From: an uncultured Spirochaetota bacterium
GTDB lineage: Bacteria; Spirochaetota; Spirochaetia; SZUA-6; Fen-1364
Direction: 5' to 3'
Assembly (NCBI GenBank): GCA_963745235.1
Contig: CAVUXE010000058.1
Span: 32,001 to 96,000 of the forward strand
DNA length: 64,000 nucleotides
In this document: piece by piece, positions 61,789-64,000 of the stretch
Layout of the letters: each line of letters begins with the position of its first letter
Position numbering within the stretch: the stretch's first letter is position 1
The notes under the pieces: generated by a model
Seen by the model: the letters and a program-made list of their open reading frames with translations, nothing else
Told to the model about the DNA's origin: nothing
The model's database searches: none
Translations under genes and position numbers: made by a program

Positions 61789-61818
61789 TTGACGCCGCCG
61801 GGAACACGGCAGTATATT
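61789..61818 (+). promoter_or_regulatory. Putative sigma70 promoter of the atp operon
   Basis: TTGACG-N18-TATATT, 9 nt before ATG 61828, with no SD sequence. Confidence 0.55.
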
Positions 61819-61827
61819 CGCTCTGGC

Positions 61828-62559
61828 ATGACATCCCTCGGAGCCGAGACGATATTCAGTTTCGCAGGATTCCGAGCGCCAAACACCCTCTTGGCGACGC
61901 TCGTCGTGGATGCCGTGATCCTTCTCCTCGTGGTCGCCGTGCGCCGGCGGATAGCCCTGGTGCCCGGGCGGTTCCTGCAGTCGGTGGAAGGAGTCGTCGA
62001 CTATCTGAAGACCACCGTTGACCAGGTGGCGGGCGTCCGGTCGGGAATGATCTTTCCCTGGGTCGCCGTCTTTTTCATCTATATACTGTTCAACAATCTC
62101 ATGGGTCTCCTGCCGGGCTTCGGCTCAATCGGGTTCCTGCGGGCCGCGGAGGACGGCGGGCAGCGGTTCGTTCCCATTCTCCGCGGGGCGACATCGGACC
62201 TGAACGTGACTCTCGCCCTGGCAATCGTGTCTGTGTTCGCAACACACATTCTGGCCATCAGGACCACGGGGCTCGTGGACTATCTCAAGAGGTTCTTCGC
62301 CCTGAACCCGATATTCCTCTTCGTTGGCCTGCTGGAAATCGTCCAGGAGCTGACAAAGTTCATCTCCTTTTCATTCCGCCTCTTCGGCAACATCTCGGGC
62401 GGAGAGATCGTGCTCGGCACCGTCGCCGCGATGTTTGCTTTCCTCCTGCCTGTCCCGTTCCTTGCCCTCGAGATCCTCGTCGGCGTGGTCCAGGCGGCAG
62501 TTTTCGCGCTTTTGACCATGGCATTCATGGCAATACTGACGGAATCATCTCATCACTGA
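61828..62559 (+). CDS. atpB: F0F1 ATP synthase subunit a
   Basis: NNLMGLLPG, TSDLNVTLALA, SFSFRLFGNI (essential Arg) and LEILVGVVQAAVF. Confidence 0.95.
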   Translation: MTSLGAETIFSFAGFRAPNTLLATLVVDAVILLLVVAVRRRIALVPGRFLQSVEGVVDYLKTTVDQVAGVRSGMIFPWVAVFFIYILFNNLMGLLPGFGSIGFLRAAEDGGQRFVPILRGATSDLNVTLALAIVSVFATHILAIRTTGLVDYLKRFFALNPIFLFVGLLEIVQELTKFISFSFRLFGNISGGEIVLGTVAAMFAFLLPVPFLALEILVGVVQAAVFALLTMAFMAILTESSHH

Positions 62560-62781
<222 letters not shown>

Positions 62782-62797
62782 TCCCCGGAGGGAAGGC

Positions 62798-63310
62798 ATG
62801 GGAGACGCCCTCGGAGCTTTCCACATCAACTGGATGCTCCTCACCGGCCAGATCATCAACTTCCTGGTCATCGGGTGGGTGCTGTATCGGTTCCTGCTGA
62901 AGCCGCTGCAGGCCAACATGAAGACGCGCAGCGAAAAAATAGCCCGGGGCCTGCAGGACGCGGAAAAAGCGAGACTGGCCCTGGATGAGGCGGGCAAGGA
63001 GAGGGAACGGGTCCTTGCGGAGGCGTATGCCCAGGCTTCCCGGATCCTGGAGCGTGCCCGCGACGAAGCCGAGCGCCTCCGCGCTGCGGCCCTGGAGCGC
63101 GCGGGAGCGGATGCGGAAAGGATGATTGTCGAAGCGCGGGGAGTCATGGCGCTCGAGCGTCAGGAGATGGAGAGGGCCATGCAGGGCCTTTCCCTCCAGC
63201 TCTCCGGGAAGATCCTCGAATCCGTGGTCACCGACCTGTTCAGCGAGGATGAGAAGGCGCGGATCGTGGCTGAAGGCATGAAGCGGATCCGGGAAGTGGT
63301 CGTATCGTGA
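62798..63310 (+). CDS. atpF: F0F1 ATP synthase subunit b
   Basis: GQIINFLVIGWVLYRFLLKPL followed by a coiled coil. Confidence 0.93.
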   Translation: MGDALGAFHINWMLLTGQIINFLVIGWVLYRFLLKPLQANMKTRSEKIARGLQDAEKARLALDEAGKERERVLAEAYAQASRILERARDEAERLRAAALERAGADAERMIVEARGVMALERQEMERAMQGLSLQLSGKILESVVTDLFSEDEKARIVAEGMKRIREVVVS

Positions 63311-63645
63311 ACAGGCTGGCGGAGCTCAGCTTCACGCCGGCGGGAGAGATCGACGAAGAGATTGCCGCGCGGATCGTGGACAATCTCTCCCGCTCCCAGC
63401 TGAAGTCATATCTCGCGGCGCTGCGCCGGGAGATGAGGCGACGCCGGGTATACGTTGCGATCTCCGGGGGCAGGGAGAGCGAGGTGAGCGGAGCTATCGG
63501 GGAGAGATACCCCGGCAAGGAGCTTTCCGTGTACCGGGACGATGGCCTGGGCGCGGGGGTCAAGGTGAGCGCGGGTGACGACATCGTGGATGCCAGCGTG
63601 ATGGGCTACCTCAGGGAATTGCTGGAAGAGATTGGAAAGGCATGA
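63307..63645 (+). CDS. atpH: F0F1 ATP synthase subunit delta, short form (112 aa)
   Basis: Position between atpF and atpA. C-terminal DDGLGAGVKVSAGDDIVDASV matches the delta C-terminal motif. Confidence 0.82.
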   Translation: MNRLAELSFTPAGEIDEEIAARIVDNLSRSQLKSYLAALRREMRRRRVYVAISGGRESEVSGAIGERYPGKELSVYRDDGLGAGVKVSAGDDIVDASVMGYLRELLEEIGKA

Positions 63646-64000
63646 AAGCTGAAGACCTGGTCAAACAGATAGAGCTGAAGCTGCAGAGGGCGGAAGTGCG
63701 CCCCGCCGTTGCCAACGTCGGGCACGTGGTATCAGTGGGTGACGGGATCGTGAAGGCGGACGGCCTTTCCCGCGCGGGGTACGGCGAGCTGGTGCAGCTG
63801 GAAGACGGAAGGCTCGGGCTTGTCATGAGCCTGGACGAGGACTTCGCTTCCATCCTGCTGCTCTCGGAGGAATCCTCGGTGCCCGAGGGCATGGAGATGA
63901 AGACCACGGGAACGCTGCTGTCCCTCCACGTTTCCGATGATCTTTTCGGCAGGGTCATTGATCCGTTCGGCAGCCCGCTGGACGGACGACCCCTGTCGGT
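63642..64000 (+). CDS. atpA: F0F1 ATP synthase subunit alpha (3' partial; absent from the ORF track)
   Basis: Translated by hand: MKAEDLVKQIE...VGHVVSVGDGIVKADGL...GELVQL...LFGRVIDPFGSPLDG. Open to the window end. Confidence 0.93.
   Translation, partial: MKAEDLVKQIELKLQRAEVRPAVANVGHVVSVGDGIVKADGLSRAGYGELVQLEDGRLGLVMSLDEDFASILLLSEESSVPEGMEMKTTGTLLSLHVSDDLFGRVIDPFGSPLDGRPLS

Overview
This is a high-GC bacterial chromosomal segment, probably from a free-living spirochaete (Spirochaetia). That assignment is inferred from the archaeal-type PyrH, the lolA-rodZ-rimO cluster and the RecX N-terminus, and is not proven. Gene content in order: clpX-lon; a divergent AhcY-family gene; a YesM/YesN-type two-component system with a tandem two-domain sugar-binding lipoprotein and a ytfQRT-yjfF-like ABC transporter; acnA; two adjacent insertion sequences (IS1182 family and IS110 family); pyrH and serA; TPR, LolA, RodZ, RimO, UvrD and FolE2 genes; a NagB/PIG-L fusion; TetR-fabF; rplM-rpsI-recX; glmS; a 10-gene TCA operon (aconitase, two tandem Mdh, sdhAB without anchor subunits, sucCD, sucAB, gltA); and the start of an F-type ATP synthase operon with a shortened delta subunit. 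About ten genes carry frameshifts that look like long-read errors, several of them in the same CCGGGCA context. The best lead is the IS110 element. It has a shared TAG core at both junctions, 10-bp sub-terminal inverted repeats, a TTGACG-N17-TATGAT promoter that forms only on circularisation, and a structured ~280-nt non-coding region (candidate bridge RNA). It sits immediately outside the IS1182 terminal repeat and at the pyrH stop codon. All calls are from reading the sequence; no searches were run.
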